The translations under genes and the position numbers were made by a program. The notes beneath the pieces are model-generated. The model made no database searches. It was given only the letters and a program-made list of their open reading frames with translations, and had not been told where the DNA came from. From the NCBI GenBank assembly GCA_012026655.1, contig JAAILG010000098.1, positions 62,001 to 126,000 of the forward strand: 64,000 bases of DNA, read 5' to 3'. Of this stretch, positions 1 to 15,134 are shown in pieces. Every line of letters begins with the position of its first letter. The stretch's first letter is position 1. Source of the DNA: Hydrolagus affinis (Eukaryota).

Positions 1-126
1 ACAGCAAATCTGTGCTAATGTGCTGATTCAGTTTAGATCACCAGTTCACAATTTAGGTGTTTGGTGTCCTTTTTTTTTAAAAAAAGCATTGAATATAAAG
101 AATACTGTTGAATAAGAAGATGTTTA

Positions 127-412
127 ATAATAATCATAATAATATTGTTTACATTTGATAAAGCGCCTTATCGCATCTTCAAGACGTCTCAAAGCATTTG
201 ACAAAATATATTGTCAAGTGAATTGACTATATTTTGTGGGCAAAACACGACAGCCAATTATGCACAGCAGTGTCGCACAAACAGTCGTGGATTGAATGAC
301 CAATTTATATAATAATAATACTTGCATTTGATGTAGCACTTTTCACATCTTATCAACGTTTCAAAGCGCTTCACAGAATATACTGTAAAGTGAATTGACT
401 GTATATTTGTGG
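127..412 (-). mobile_element. Two tandem SINE 3' portions with (TTA)n tails
   Basis: Two copies (about 127-306 and 309-412) of a diverged motif of the form catttgat..agcgc..ttcac..caaagcgcttcacagaatatactgtaaagtgaattgact, shared with copies at 20773, 28200, 50505 and 55405. Confidence 0.8.
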
Positions 413-861
413 GTGTTACATATATAACATATATATTTTTTAAGGAATTATTAGCCCAGAAAGACTAAAACCCAGATGTTTGTAACTCTTGAGTAGTACT
501 GTGCAACTGTAATCCACATACTGTACCTTCAAGGAGTTAATACCCATATGCGATTGATTCCCTTTCCATCTGTTGCTTTGTTGTACACCAAGAAGCGGTT
601 TATCTCGTGCTTTACTTTGACGGATCCTGATGTTGCCAATGCTTAAAAAAAACATAAAACATACATTCGGAAGAGCTCCAGCAAAGGATCAGACCTGATA
701 GACCTCTGAAAGTAGAGCCGTCATCTTTCAAGTTGATTTAAAAAAAAGGACAGGACTGTAACTGCTCCTATTCCAAAGTATTGTCCAAACATTTAAGGGA
801 TTATTAACCCTCAGAAAATGATCCACCAATACCTTCTGCTAGGTAACAGTGTAGATTAAGA

Positions 862-944
862 AAGTTTGCCCAAGGTTTCGCCCCGCTGGGAATCAAACCC
901 TCTCGCTTGCAAGGCAAGTGCTCTAATCATGAGCTACAGGACTC
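862..944 (-). mobile_element. tRNA-derived SINE head
   Basis: Reverse strand reads gagtcctgtagctcatgattagagcacttgccttgcaagcgagagggtttgattcccagcggggcgaaaccttgggcaa: A/B-box-like motifs followed by the same body as the 20773-21090 copy. Confidence 0.75.
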
Positions 945-2594
945 CATATACAGGAAACCTGAATATGGACTTCAGAGACAACAGTAAGGTAATGTGTACA
1001 GCTGAATATCACACTGATTAGATACCTGAATAAAGCATTCCTCAGCCCAAAAGCAAAAATATCCATTTGGAAAAATCTGGTTATAAATTTACAGTCATCA
1101 ACTGTTGAAAGATCTTAAAATACAATATTTACACTGTTGAGGCTTTGACATGTGAAGAATCCACTATTCAGATTTACTACAGTGGAAATTATGGTGTGGA
1201 CTGCCATATGATTCATCTATGAAACGATTATTTATATACCTAAGTGGCTTCCATGGAAATTTATTTTATGAAGAACAACTACAACCTGATTGTGAACTTA
1301 GCACCTTAGCTTCAAATGGACAGACTGTATGATTGTTATTCAAATCCATATTGTATCTTTAAGTACTAGAGGATGATTTTTTGTGTGTGTAGTCTCTGGT
1401 AGTCAGTCATTGAATGCTGGGGGCATTTTTATGCAGCTTTGGAGATATTCAGCTGGCAGTATTTCAGGTTTCCATTGTGAAACTTGGACCACCAGCTGGA
1501 AGTATTGTCCTGGGGAAGCTGTGCACAAATTCTATTTTAATACAAATTGATCCATCCTTAAAACAATCCTTGCATGTTATTGCTCTTCAATCTTTCTCAC
1601 TGCAATACCGTACCATTGAACAATGACAAAAATGTTCCCAAAGTAATTGGCTCCATTCCCGCAAAATGATGCAAAGCCTTGTCCAATGCAATGGTCTGGC
1701 TGTCAAGGCTGCCAGAAGATTTCAAGGCCTGTCACAACATGTTGATGACCACTAAACTCATAATGACATCTGCAGACCTCTGTAAATCTGTTTGCACGTA
1801 ATTTGGGGCTTACCATTCCAACTCCTACAAATGTATCCAAATCCACAAAGGAGGAAATGATTGTCCAACTCTTTTGGCTACTTTGGCCCACATGGATGCC
1901 AATTAACAAATTCTCATACAAGGCTAACTTTATGATAAAAATACAATATTGAAAACAGCAGTTAAGATAATTGCTTGGAAGGGGAAGCATATCCATTTAA
2001 CTGAAGGACATCCCAAATAATTCAGCCTGTTGAGCTAGAATAAGAACATTTATATCTTAGTGGATCTACTCAGAGTTTCACCCATTAAAGACTGATAAAT
2101 ATATATCATGTCTTTTAAAAAAAAATGGTTTTAGCAATGTTGAACCGATTTTGTGAAAGCATGTTTAATCAGGAAGGTTTGTGAATGGTTACAAATGAGC
2201 TTATGTAGACTGGCCCTCTTGAGAGTCAAAAGGGTCAAACCAATGGACTGTCCTTAATGGACAAGTACCTCAATAAGTGGTTGTCATTGTTCAACTAATG
2301 TAAGACACACTACATATTCTGATTAGTGGCATGTTTTTGGTTACGCACGACTAAACTAATACAATCCAGGTCTTCTATGTTGACCTTGGAGAAAATGTAA
2401 AATAGTAAACAAGTGTGCATGAAACACCCATGTATGTGGAGGTACTAATGATTTTTTCTCCAAATTATTCTGTGGTCTATGTGCAACAAACCCATCTTCA
2501 TATGTGCGTATTGAATATCTGGACCCACGTAATAAAATACCACGATAAGTAACTTAACATTCCAGACCCACAGGTGTTTGCATGCAAACAGGTA

Positions 2595-2794
2595 GAGTAA
2601 AAGCCTGTTTATCCAGCACCCGATCAACCATAATTTACATATAACCGACATCGAAAAAAAAAGGTCCGCATTCGATTAACCGGAATTTATCCAGGAATTT
2701 TTTTTTTTTTTGCCGTTTTCGGACGAATATCCGGCACATGCTTTAACCGGCATTGGCCAGGTCCCGAGGGTGCCGGATAAACGGGCTTTTACTG
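2595..2794. mobile_element. MITE, Tc1/mariner (pogo/Tigger-like) non-autonomous element
   Basis: TIRs of about 27 bp (gagtaaaagcctgtttatccagcaccc / gggtgccggataaacgggcttttactg), flanked by TA at 2593-2594 and 2795-2796. Confidence 0.85.
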
Positions 2795-5700
2795 TACTAT
2801 GTTGAAACCTTTCAAAACACATACAGAATGCAATTTCAGGTCAAGTGAGTTGTTACTTGTACTTTTGGAGCTGTGCATGCGTCGGTGCAGCTATCTTCAC
2901 TACAAACGTATGTGGTATTTGTACCACAAAAGTATTGACTTTTTCTATGTTTCCCATAGAAATAGAGTGTTCTGGTTACAACTGGAACAATATGTGCCAT
3001 AATTAACAAGTATTTTTGCAGCAATGGATGATAATTTACCATGGTCTGCCTTCTAAAAATACTTCACTTTATTCTATTTGTAGATCTGAAAGTACTTACT
3101 GTTAAAGTTTGAAAGGATACTGCACAGGTGGTACTCTGAAACAGAGATGCCATAGCTATAGGAGAAATGAATGATCCCAAAGCATCCCATTGAAAGACCT
3201 TCGGAGAAGTTGAGGGAGCTCTGAATGCTGATGTCCCAGAACAATGTACAAGAGAGTTACTGGTTACACATCAGAATAGTGAACAGATTTACTGTAGATG
3301 CAAGCTGTTCTGCAAACTGTATCAGTCCAAATACATAATATTGTCCAGTAGGTCCATACTGTGCGTTTAGGTGTTATCAAAGAAAACACGGGCATATAAA
3401 TTGTTGTTGGTTTTCTGATATAGGGCCAAGTCCTTCATCTTACGTGAGTTCAGACAATGGTGTCTTATTGGCAAGGCATATCCTCACCTAATAACAATGT
3501 GAAGGGATCATAGGATAGCAATCAAGAATGGGAAATCTGGTGTGATTTCCCTTCCACTTTCATGGCAGAAATCAACAAAGTCAGCTCAGACCAAGCATGT
3601 AACCTGAAACCTATATGGTTCTTTGCCGCACGATGCAGTGCAATTGCCCACTGAACCATTGAGGCAGCCCTGTGAGTGTGCTTTCATTGTTCACTTAAAT
3701 TGGTTTAGATTTTGTGGGCAGTAAAAGTTTGCAGAGTATTTACACTGGTCATCTTTAACAAGCGTTTAAACTCTAACCATGTGTGGCTGTCCTACAATAC
3801 TGTTAAATTTCTCTGTTTTAATTGCACCTTGATCCATAATGTGGTGGTGCAATTTATGTACCTGAATGATTGATCTTTTGAGAGACAGTGTATAACATAT
3901 AAGTGAAACCAATCCATTGGATTTTATGATAAGCACATTTTATATATAACTGCAATTGACATTCCTTTCCTACCATTGGTTAATGCGCCTGAAGCTTCTC
4001 TCAGACAAGACCTTGATTTTGTAATTTTAGAAAATAAAACAGACCTTACCCATTAGGACCAGCCCTTAAACAATAGATTCACTTAGGCTGCCTGCTGTAT
4101 GATTCATTTTAAAGTAAACACAGGACCAGAATCATCTGATTTATTATTCGAGTTTCTACAGTATTCATATGGAACCTTTTACTTTTAACATTTGGCAAGC
4201 AATGAAAAAGAATTTGACTTCTAATATATTTTTAAAGTTCAGCATGCATTTGTAATAAAACATATTTTTTCTAAAAAACAATGAGTAATGATTTCAATAG
4301 AATTCACATGCTAGTTTTCTATGAGTGCCTGCAGTTACGGTGTTCTAGTCAACTTTTCAGGGTCAATTTATCTCAGCATTCAAGAGCATTCCTTAAAATA
4401 GAGATTATTCAAACATTTCAAATATTTTATTACATGTGCTGAGCAAATTAGGTTCACAATTAAATTACATTAGAAAGTAAGATTTTCCATTGAAGGATAA
4501 TATCAGGCCAAATTTGGGTCATGTATCTGACTTGCTTCTTTTCAACAGATAATTTTCATCAAACTACTCTGAAGGATGACTGCAGTTTTCATAGAGTTGC
4601 CTCTGAGACTCAATTGAAATATGTGCCGAACCTGAATATTTCTGATCTGGAGAAACTAATGTCACAGGTGGCATATAAAGTCTGTACAAGAGTTTACGCA
4701 TCTCTACTTCTCGAAGGAAACACTTTATCATTGTTTTTTTTATGAGAGTTGAGGAAATTGGCTCTCAGTTTTGTCTGCACTGACCTTTGTTGATTGAACC
4801 CAATTCCATATCTAGTAGCTCTTAAACCTCTCACGATGACCTTTTCCTGAAATAAAATAAATCTTTAAATCCCTACAGCAATATTTGAAGGTATCATATC
4901 AATGCACCTAACAAACGATATACCCTCACATTTAAGCCTTGCTTAAACTTATTACACTTGAAGCGCACTACAAATTATCTTTTTGTACCTGACCAACATA
5001 TATTTTCTCTTTCCTTGACTGCAGATTTTCTCTTCCCCCCACAATCCCCTCCACTTCCCTAAAGGCACTGAGTGATGATCACATATGACATTTGTTTTAG
5101 GTTTCCATGAAACCTGGAAACCTAGAAAACTGTGTTCTGGTGTTACATGTGAGCACTGAAATTGAATATTTGTAAGTTCAATGATGGGGCTATGCCTGGT
5201 TCTGTCATAACATTCATTAGGTAGCAATAAGAAGATAGAATCCAAGCAAATTTATCTGCTGTCTAATCCATGGGTAATCTATTTAAAGTGAGACCCAATA
5301 TTCTGGCCCCCATCCTACTTCCCAATAGTCAAATACCCCAACTAAAATCAAATAACTCAACCAGCAGATTGAGGTTTGAACGTTGGACTTTCTGGTCCAA
5401 ACTCACAGCTGGAACTAATGGTTGAAACGGAAAGTATGAATACATTTAATGTACCAGTGAAGGAGAAAGCAATACTCAAATGGAGTACTGTATAAACAAA
5501 AACATTGACCAATTGGGCTGAATGGCTTGATTCAATGCTGTATATTCTATGTAAGTATGTGTGCTTTCATGTTCTCATCTAAAACATGATTATTGGTCTG
5601 AATATTACTTGTACACTTTAGTACTAAAAAATCCTCCAGAATGTTTGTCATCTATATACAGTACTTAGAGGCTTTGTTAAAATAGCAAACAAGAGATTGT

Positions 5701-6809
5701 TGTGTGTTTTATCGTTACGACCAGTATGGTGTGCACTCAGCCAATCATACTGATTTATGCAACAACTAATCTTATACAGAAATATACTGCTTAGACCTCA
5801 GATTATAAAGTTAACGATGGATATGAGTTTAAAGCAGTATATAGTGTTATGTTTTCATGATCACAACTTTAGATCCTGGGGAGATTGTTTTTTTACGTTC
5901 AGTTGATTCACATGAGCTGTGACATAGCAGCTCCTAGTAGCACAGACTGTGTCTTTAGCTACAGGGATATTTCTGTCAGTTCTTTAGAAACCTAAAGTGT
6001 CTGTATCATTAAGGAAAGGCTGTATTTCCTGCATCCATAATAGCAAAAATTGAGAATTAAAAGTCATAACTTTCCTGGGAGTGAAATTGTACTCTGAAAG
6101 TATCCACAGAGAAATTCTATGATCGCCTTCTAATTTAGGTAACCTTCAATGCCCTTAACGAAACATTTTACTTTTACTTAAACCTTGACGGTACCGGTGA
6201 CATAGGAATGGAAATAGATTTTGTAAAAATCAGTATTGGGTGTTTCCTTCAGCACTACACTTGTCAAGGTGCACTATCATTGGGAGCATCATGATCTACA
6301 CAGTCCACCAGCAATTTTAAACATTGTCTCACCTGCTATTTTCTTTTCAAAACAATAAGAGAACAAAGGTTAGTGGACCTTTTAAAACTACCAATGTTTT
6401 GAATACTCTCTGAAGTCTCATTCATGGTAAGGTGTGAATGAACTGTTTATTCAGTGTGCAGTGTTTCCCATTGCAGTCCGTCTAATGTCAAAATTACTTG
6501 TGTTCCCCTGAACAACTTGAATGGCTTTCTAAAGTTCAAAGAACAGAAATGCATTGTGGAATGTGAAAGCTGTTCAGAAAGAGCACTTAATTCTGAGGGC
6601 AGAAACATCAGAAAGTTGCACCTCAGGTTAAGGGCAAGAGAGCGAGAGGAATCATAGAAAACCATTGAGTTTCATAGATGCCTGGTATCTGACATTTTGA
6701 AATCATCAATGAGTTACTGGTAGTGTTGTGTCCAATTTCATTTTCCATTCTCTACTTAAACCTTTACACTCTGCTGTGTATGTAGTAGTTTATGTATTAA
6801 TTATCTGCT

Positions 6810-7050
6810 ACTGTTCGAAAAGTCGAGGGAGTTTAGTTTCTCCGAGTGTTCTGGCTAACAATCTCCGAAATAAAGTTATTCATTCACTCAATTGTTGTTA
6901 GTTGGACAGTGTTGTGTTCAAATTGGTTGCTTTGCCTGCCTACAAACTACAGTATACAGTTACTCCACTTTATAGTTCATCCTGTGTAAAGCTTTGAGAA
7001 GTCCTCCTGATGTGAAAAGTGTTATGTTTAATGAAAAGATTATTATGAAT
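6810..7050 (+). mobile_element. Degenerate Deu-domain-type SINE fragment
   Basis: gagtgttctggctaaca...caaattggttgc...tgtgtaaagctttgagaagtcc..gatgtgaaaagtgttat...gattattat resembles the other SINE tails; boundaries approximate. Confidence 0.55.
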
Positions 7051-10000
7051 TAAGCTATTTTTGGTGGAAACTGCTCAATCTGAAAAAAACTTGTATTTTT
7101 CAATGCTCAAGATGAGACTGTAAAACCAAACCTGGTACTCGGATTGGTCAGGCTGAAGTTGTCATTTGCATACTTGGTAAGTTAGTGCATTTTGCATAGG
7201 CTTGAGAGGAATGACCGAGAAAGCAAAAAAGGTTAGTTCTCTTAAGCATGTACTTGGATGGCATTTGATAAGATGAAGCCAACACTATTTACAAAATCAT
7301 GACAAGCTTGGTAATCAACTGCTCAAAATAGACAGATCTCAATCTGCATTATATGCTTTGGCAGCATAATGGTGTCAATTAGCCTGCATCAAGCATAATT
7401 CATGCGCAGTATTAAACCCTGTAAGTCCAACATATGTTTAAGACTGTGTAGAAATGTTCCCAATCCTGTGGGATGCAAACCCATCTTGAAAGTCTTGTAT
7501 TGGTGGTCTTCCTGGATGTTTGCCCCAAAAATCTGATGCCTTCAAACTTTTTATTAGATTTATTTTATTAGATAGCTCAATATTTTATTTGATAGCTCAT
7601 ACTTCAACTCTGGTCACTCTGAACTGATCTTAAGAATCTACTGGAGGCACCAGACATGTTTAGGCTGTCTGGTATCAACAGCACCGATGTATTTGCTGAC
7701 AACGGCCTACTTCACTTCCCTGCTTTATCTGCTCTATCAATGATGGGCTTTCAGTCATAGCCTGTCCTCTGGAACTCCATTCCCTTCAACGTGTGTCTGA
7801 AAGCGTACCTCTTGTGACTACATATTTGATCATCATGTGACAATAGACTTGCTATAAGTCGGTGTGTGAAAATACACAGTACATTGTGTCTGGGTATTTT
7901 AACAGAGTTAGTGATCAGTACTTGCTGAATCAATGAACGGCTTCTTTTCCGAAGACCAGGAGAGGTGCTATAGGAAGTAAGCCACTTTGTCGTTGGATTT
8001 TTGTATAATGATAGATTTTAAGGATTGATTTATTTGTCCATTGTTAGCAAATTACACAATTAGGCAGATCTGGATGCATCTTTCTTCAATGCGAAGATGG
8101 CTATTGAAATATCCAAATCAGTATATGTTAAATAACAAATATTGTTATTTTGGACATAGAAATCTAGACTATCTTGCATTATGTAATGTCTTAAAATCTC
8201 AAGTGATCTATACTTATACATCTATGAGGGTGGGGAACTTTTTCTTAGGACTACACTGCAGAGCATTGGACATGAATTGGTTAATTATCAGACTCTGAGG
8301 AATGCTTTGTTAACATGAATGAAGTAATTAGTTTAGGTAAGGCTTCACATCATTTCAAAACATACATATATCATACTTGTCACCAAGTTAAGAAAAGACG
8401 TTAGCTTTTTTTTCCAAAGTGTACTGGATAATTTACTGTTGTTGCATGGCTTTTATTCGCCAGTTGAATCTCCAGGGCCACGGCTTTTAACAGAACAGTT
8501 CTGCAGGCCAAAGCTTTTAGGGATTAAGGGAATAATAAAACTTCCTCTATTGGCTGCAGGAGCACTGAACCTGTCTGGGAATTAAAAAGTTGGATCCCAT
8601 CCACCATCTTTATTAATGACAGCTGTTGTTTGTTTATTCACGTTCCGCTGAAATAACTAATCACCTGGTGATCCGTTGATGAAAAATGATTTGTTTTAAT
8701 CAAAATCTCATTCGAGGGTTAAGAAAACCTGAAAATGATCAATCACTTGGTCTGTGTTGTCACTCAAGAATTTGGTGTGAAGGGAGTTTATGGAGCATTT
8801 TGGAATCCAAGTGCTGATTTCATCTTTCAAAATTAAGGCTGAAAATAAATGGTGCATATTAAATGTGGAGTTGATAAAGTGCCAGGAACACTTTGACAAA
8901 TCACTACATTACCTGCTCTTGTTCAAATCTTTTCTATTTTATAATTAAGAAAAACTGATTTCCATAATATCCAGGCTTTAAGTAACAAACTCGAATTTAA
9001 AAAAGAGTTTTTGTTAGTTTTAAAAAAAAGTTTCAATACTCTCAACTGTTAACTTTAACCAAACCACCTGGAAATTATTAAAAATTGTGATGTATTTGGA
9101 CTTTGTTCAAGCAATACATTTTCTGAAGCATAATAATTTGCACATAAATCTACCAAGTCTGAGGAGAATTCCTGAGTACTCTCTGCCAGAAGTGCTTTGC
9201 TTTGGTTCATTGTGGGAACTCTCATTGTACTGTACTTTTAATTGAGGTACACTTTTTTTGCCTTTGACTGCTTCCACTCATTCTGGCTTTGGTCCCTTTT
9301 CATCTTACAGATTGATTTACTGATTCTGAATGCCTCAGTTACAACCTCAAAAATCAACATCATAAATTACAGCTAATTTGGGACCTTTTCCTGAATTACT
9401 TCAATTTCCCCCCTTGGCAGTAGTTCTCCCCTGCATGTGGTTTCCTTTTTTTAACCCACAATTTTACAAAGGCACACATACTTCAATTCACATCTCTTCT
9501 TTTGCCTTAATGCAGTAAACTCAAGTCATCTAGTTTGAAGAAAGAGAGCACAAAATTAAGACTGTGTTCAAAGTGAGTCTTTTATATCCTGATTGTTTTC
9601 TCAACGTTTATTGGAGTGCGAGTTTGTAGAGCTGGTTTTCTTTCAAAAGTTTCAGTTTGAAGGATTTCTGGTCATCTCTAGGGTCTGTTTTCAAAACAAG
9701 CATGACAGTAAGTTGCCTGTGGCATTCAGCATGTAATTCAGCTTTTCAGATGTGGTTTTAAATAACTTTTGGCTAGATTGCTGCAGTGCGAGTATTCCCA
9801 GTATTAGAAGGAAATTTAATGATTCACAGGCCTCCCCAGTTCTTTTTTTCTACCGTATCCAAGTGTTCAACACAATATCAGTGTATCACAAAGACGGATT
9901 AACTTTAACCCAAAACAGAGGTAATGATTAACTTTTCAATATCTGATTATCCATTAGACAGATCTGTGTCACAATCTGACAGAACTATATTCGAAAGCTA

Positions 10001-12194
10001 GGTACTGTAGTTTTTTTAAATAAGTCTTGTGTCCTGGCTTTTTTATAATCCTTAGCAACTTGTTTCAATTGTACCCAACCTTTGTCTGTGACTTATAATT
10101 ATGCTTTACACCTTGATACCTGTGACTTCCTGCCCCTTATTATAACTGAAAGTATTTCCCTGGATTTACTTTCTCATTCCATTTTAGCATCTCTGATCTT
10201 GGCTGTTTAACTGCAACTCTGATGGATTTTTTAAACTATATACAGAATGTTTGCCAATAAGGGAAACAGGACTGCTCCTACCTGTGAAAACAATGACTTA
10301 TCTTTCTTGTGAGCAAAAGAGCAGGTGGACTGCCCCATCATTACATGAAAAAAATATACAATAACAACTAAAAAAAAACTTTTAGTTTTTGCAGAATAAA
10401 AGTTCAATCAAATCACACTGCCCCTTCAACATATATTTGTCAGGATCAGTATTGGCTCAGAGTCATGCCATACTTTTGCACTTCAAGTTTGCTTTCCGAG
10501 TCATAATATAAAAAGTCCAGTTTTCCCAGAGTTGAATTTCAGAACATCCCACTTGGAGTTGGACCTCCTATAGTAGGCCATGAGCCTATCTGCTCCCATT
10601 CTCTTAACACTATCCTGGAGTCCCTCTGATTTACTCTTTCCCTCATATTGTTCAAGGTCCATCTCAGGACATACCATTTTGACCATGCTTTCAGTCTTCT
10701 ATCTTTTCCCCACCCCACTTGGCTTCCACTCCCAGCTCAAGTCCCAAGCCTTGGGAGATCTTCCGATATGAAAGGTTCTGTATAATTGCAAATTTGTTAT
10801 GTTTAGCATCAGGCTTTATTGTAGGCACAAAACATTGTGAGAAGTTTACTTTAAGATCCCCACTGCTGAAATGGCAGTCACGGAAGCACCCATGACCAAA
10901 GTCGCCTGATGTTCAGAGGCATATCCTGGCCTTCACAGCCATTATTTGTGAATTAAATATCACAGAATATAATTATGACATTGTTTCATGCATGTGTGAA
11001 GTTCTGCCTTCAGCTGTCAACTTAATGTGGTAATGTTAGGACGTTTTTTTGTGCCATCAGTCATTGCAGGTGACCTTGGAAAATGTAACTGGGGTCGTGG
11101 CAAAGTTTTGGGCTGCAGCAAAGCCACATTTTGAGTCTCGGGAGACACATTGTAAAGACAACACAAATGTTCTACTGAAATGGTTAAACACATTCATCCA
11201 TCAGTTATAGCACATGAAAAAAAAGGCATTAAAAAAATGTGTTTTGAAAGCAGTCATGAGCTGTCAGCACTCTTAAGTTTTAATTTTTATGACTGGATTG
11301 GAAGGTTAAATTAATCTCATAGCAACTGCTTGTGGTTCACAATTTTTCACAGGCTTCGTCTCTAGTGTTAGGTGGAGGAGGAAGCCTGTGAGATGACGTA
11401 CTAATGAGAAACTGTCGCTGTGGGAGGTGAGGTGACAGAAATGACTCAGACGGTGAGCTGAGATACAATCAGTTACCTGCAGGGACCATGAGCGACAATT
11501 TAAAACACATTCATGATAATTATTTCATCAAAATTACTCATTTCAGCCATTAACGCTGAGCATTTCAACTGTGACCTTGTTCTGAAAAAATACTATTTAA
11601 TATTATCCTCCAGTTAACATTATTTAACCATGGTTTTAACACCACAGTTCTCTTGCTCAGAGAAAGATACATTGTTTTTTTAACAACAACAACAAAATTA
11701 CATTTGTATAGCTCAAAATAGCTTAAAAAACGAGACTCCCAAAATTGTTTTTAAAAACAAGTGCAGGATTATTATTAGTGAATTTGTTGAGAAATGCAGT
11801 TCTAATGATTATACTGATTTTATAAATGAGATTTCTTATATTGGAATTTGACCCAAGGATACAAAGCAGTAGAAGCCTCCACTGATAATGAGAAACACAA
11901 AATAAAGTCTGTTGTTGCAATGTGCTTCATATGGAGTGAAATTATGAAATTATTACCAGCAGATAGTACAGATCTGAATTCTCACCGGTATTGGTTAATC
12001 TATGTGAATGTATTGGACACTTTATTGAAGGTTGCTATCTCAGACATTTTAATGTGTCTTTACTGAATTCCAGCATTTTTCACAATTAAGCCACTTTGAA
12101 ATTTGTTTTGCTTTCTGGCTTTTTCGTTAATATTTTGGATTTGGTCAGTTCCAGAATCACTCCATATACAGTATTACCCTGGAGCTGGTCACTA

Positions 12195-12520
12195 TGATAA
12201 CAATAATCCTTGCATTTGATGTAATGCCTTATCACATTGACAAAATTCTCAAAGCTCTTCACAGGATTTTTACTGTAAAGGGTAGGCAAACTGTGTTTTG
12301 CAGCCGAACATGGCAACCAATTTGTTCACAGCAACCTCCTATAAGCAGCCATGAAGTGAAATGACCCATGTTATCTTGAGGATTGTTGTCAAGGGTACTG
12401 GAAGAAACAAAAGTTTTCAATCATGACACTGAATCTTTAACATGAGCAGGCACAGACAGGGCCTCAGCTGAAGGACAGCACCACCAACAATGCAGCGCGA
12501 CATTCGAGTGTTAATGTAGA
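12195..12520 (-). mobile_element. Degenerate SINE (Deu-domain type)
   Basis: Tail aataatccttgcatttgatgtaatgcc plus core gaaggacagcaccaccaacaatgcagc; boundaries approximate. Confidence 0.6.
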
Positions 12521-15023
12521 CTGTGAATTCAAAGGCGGGCAGGGGGCAAAGATCTCTGTGCAAGATCAAAGGGAAACATGCCCATCAATCGTACACTGAT
12601 CCCAATATTAAAGACACCGAGTGACCCCCCCCCTCCCCCCCCCCCCCACACGCTCACCCCCAACATCTCTTCAACAATCCAGTTGAGTTCAACAGCTCAT
12701 TGTATCATTTTGTAGGATAGCTGAACTATCCTGCAATAACACTGGCAATAAATCTGTGGGAATTGTTTTAGAATTGAATGGAAAAGAAGTGATAGGGGGC
12801 ACTGCAGCTTTAAGCTGCCTTGTGTAACAGATTGTCCTGGCTCTGCAAATGTTGATCCAGCTCTGTCTGCTGTCTCTCATACTTCATCGATCAGCAGGCT
12901 CCTGACAGTGGAATTTTGTCGTGACAAGCAACATTTCATTCTGAAAGGTTTCTACTGCACAGTTATACCGCTGCTTAAAAACAGCTCTGAGAGCATTTAG
13001 AGTGTTGGGACTAGCAAGCCGTGTGTAATGCTGAATAGCTCAGCCGTCCTGTTACCTTGACTCTGCTCATGCTGACATTTTTGGAATAGAGTGAGTGATA
13101 CTTTTAGGCACTATAAAAGAATAATCACATTAGAGAGCTTTCCAAATCTTTTCCTAAGTTAACTGACGGACGCATAGGCTAACTTAATTCTCTTTACGGA
13201 ACCATGCAAATAGCCTGGCAGTGCATTTCATTGCTTCACTGGCTTGAGGCATTGTGCTATTTTCCCCCTCCTTCTTATCTTCTCTTGTTCCCATTCCACA
13301 TGTGTAAAACGGGACCTGATTGCAGGTCTGTCTGAGGGAGGTTCATGAGGAGGCAGAGGTAATATTCTAGGGGGTTAAGGAATCCCTTATCCCACTGCCT
13401 TCTGTGTCCTGGAAAGACACATTCGCAGAGAGTTGAGAACAGAACACTTGCACCCAACATACTATAGGTATTTCTCTATTTCCTAAACTTTGAGGCATCT
13501 TAAAAAAAAGGTGTGGTCAGTGTGTGGAAAATATCCACATTACATTATGTTTTTCCAATTTATTCACGTCTGCTCTCTCAGCTCCCTCCTTCACTCGAGA
13601 GAAATCATCCCGGGAAGATTCTAATGATTGGGATTAAAAGCCGAGTATCTTGGGATATCGGATTCCAGGACTAAAGGATCAAGCCTGCGAGTTCTTGTAG
13701 GGTAGTTTTAGTTCTCGTAGTTAGGAAGTATGATGCAGAGTTAAGGTGCTGTAAATGCTACATGAAATATATCCCAAATTTTGTCAGATGAACAATATAA
13801 TAGTCTTGGTGCTAGTTTCTCCTTTTGAGGCTGTCTTTGATAAGTGGTGTAATTTTCTCTGCCTCATCCATTTCTTCTCTCATAGAATAGTGAGAAGTGA
13901 TGCATATCCCATGGACTAATCACAAGTGCAGAATACAAAAGTACCAATTAGTTGGGCTGAGCGGCGTCATCAGCCATCATTAAATTGAACATATTGTTAA
14001 TTCAGGAGAATATGCGCGTACAGGTACATGGTTAGAACAACAACTTGCATTTATGTAGTGCCCTTCACGTCAGATAACATCATGGAGTGCCGGATAATGT
14101 CTCCAAGGCCCAGGTTTAACTGTGGCGTTGTACCAAATATTTAAGGTCAAACTATAGGTCAGTGGCAGGACTTTTGCAGCTTTAACAGGATATGGAGGAA
14201 TAGTGATTCTTTGTTCTCGTCTTATTAACTCCACAAGCCAAAGTCCTAAAGGATAGGTGGTCACAAGTGGCCAAGCAAATGGAAGCTCACCATACAGTGC
14301 TCCGAATGGTAACTAAAGTCCCATCTAAAGACCTTCCTTTTTGATCATGCTGATGGTCACCTCCGCCTGGCTCAGGGTCAGATTCCAACACTCTCAAACC
14401 CTCTGGGACGCAACTCTGTGTCAAGGATGCTATATAAATGCAAGTTTTTGTTTTAACTTGTGTGGTTTAATTGATAAAACTCCAGCAATAACCCAACGCA
14501 TAGTCTGGAGTCCTGAAGTCTTGGCTCTCACTAACTCGTGTTTGATCCTCTCTGTAATAGGCATCTAGTGTGCATTCCATTCCAGATAGAGGGAAATTTC
14601 CATGTGTACACAGTGTACATATGTGGAATTTGCAATCTGGTTTGTTTACTCTGAAAACAAGTGTCAGACAACCATCTGACCAAAATAGAGTAATCCCAGG
14701 TTATTATATTATGCTTAAATGCAGGTTAAAACTGCTACTTTAATCCATCCTCAGAAGAAACAACACCACCCCTCCCCAGCCCCCAACTAGTCTAGATTTC
14801 ATATGGCTTTACAGGGCAAGATTGTAAATTTACACAGTCAATGGGGTAATGTTTAGTGGATTAACAAAACAAATCTCAATTCACTTCAAAGGATAACAAA
14901 ATGGTTTGGTTGTATTGACATTATTCTGAGCTAGTTTGCAGCCCACGCTTCAGATATGGTCAAAGTAAAATCAACAGTTTTGGTCACAGATTCTTCAATG
15001 TTCTTTATTTGTTTCCATTGTAG

Positions 15024-15134
<111 letters not shown>

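Noticed and set aside
862-944. tRNA-Ala(TGC)-like sequence, and a similar one at about 21020-21090
   Set aside because: Stems are degenerate and both run directly into a SINE body, so these are SINE heads rather than tRNA genes.
1-15023. The preceding KCNMA1 exon (…LAELKLGFIAQSCLA…MRSFIK)
   Set aside because: Not found by eye; it presumably lies upstream of the window, so this stretch is treated as intron.
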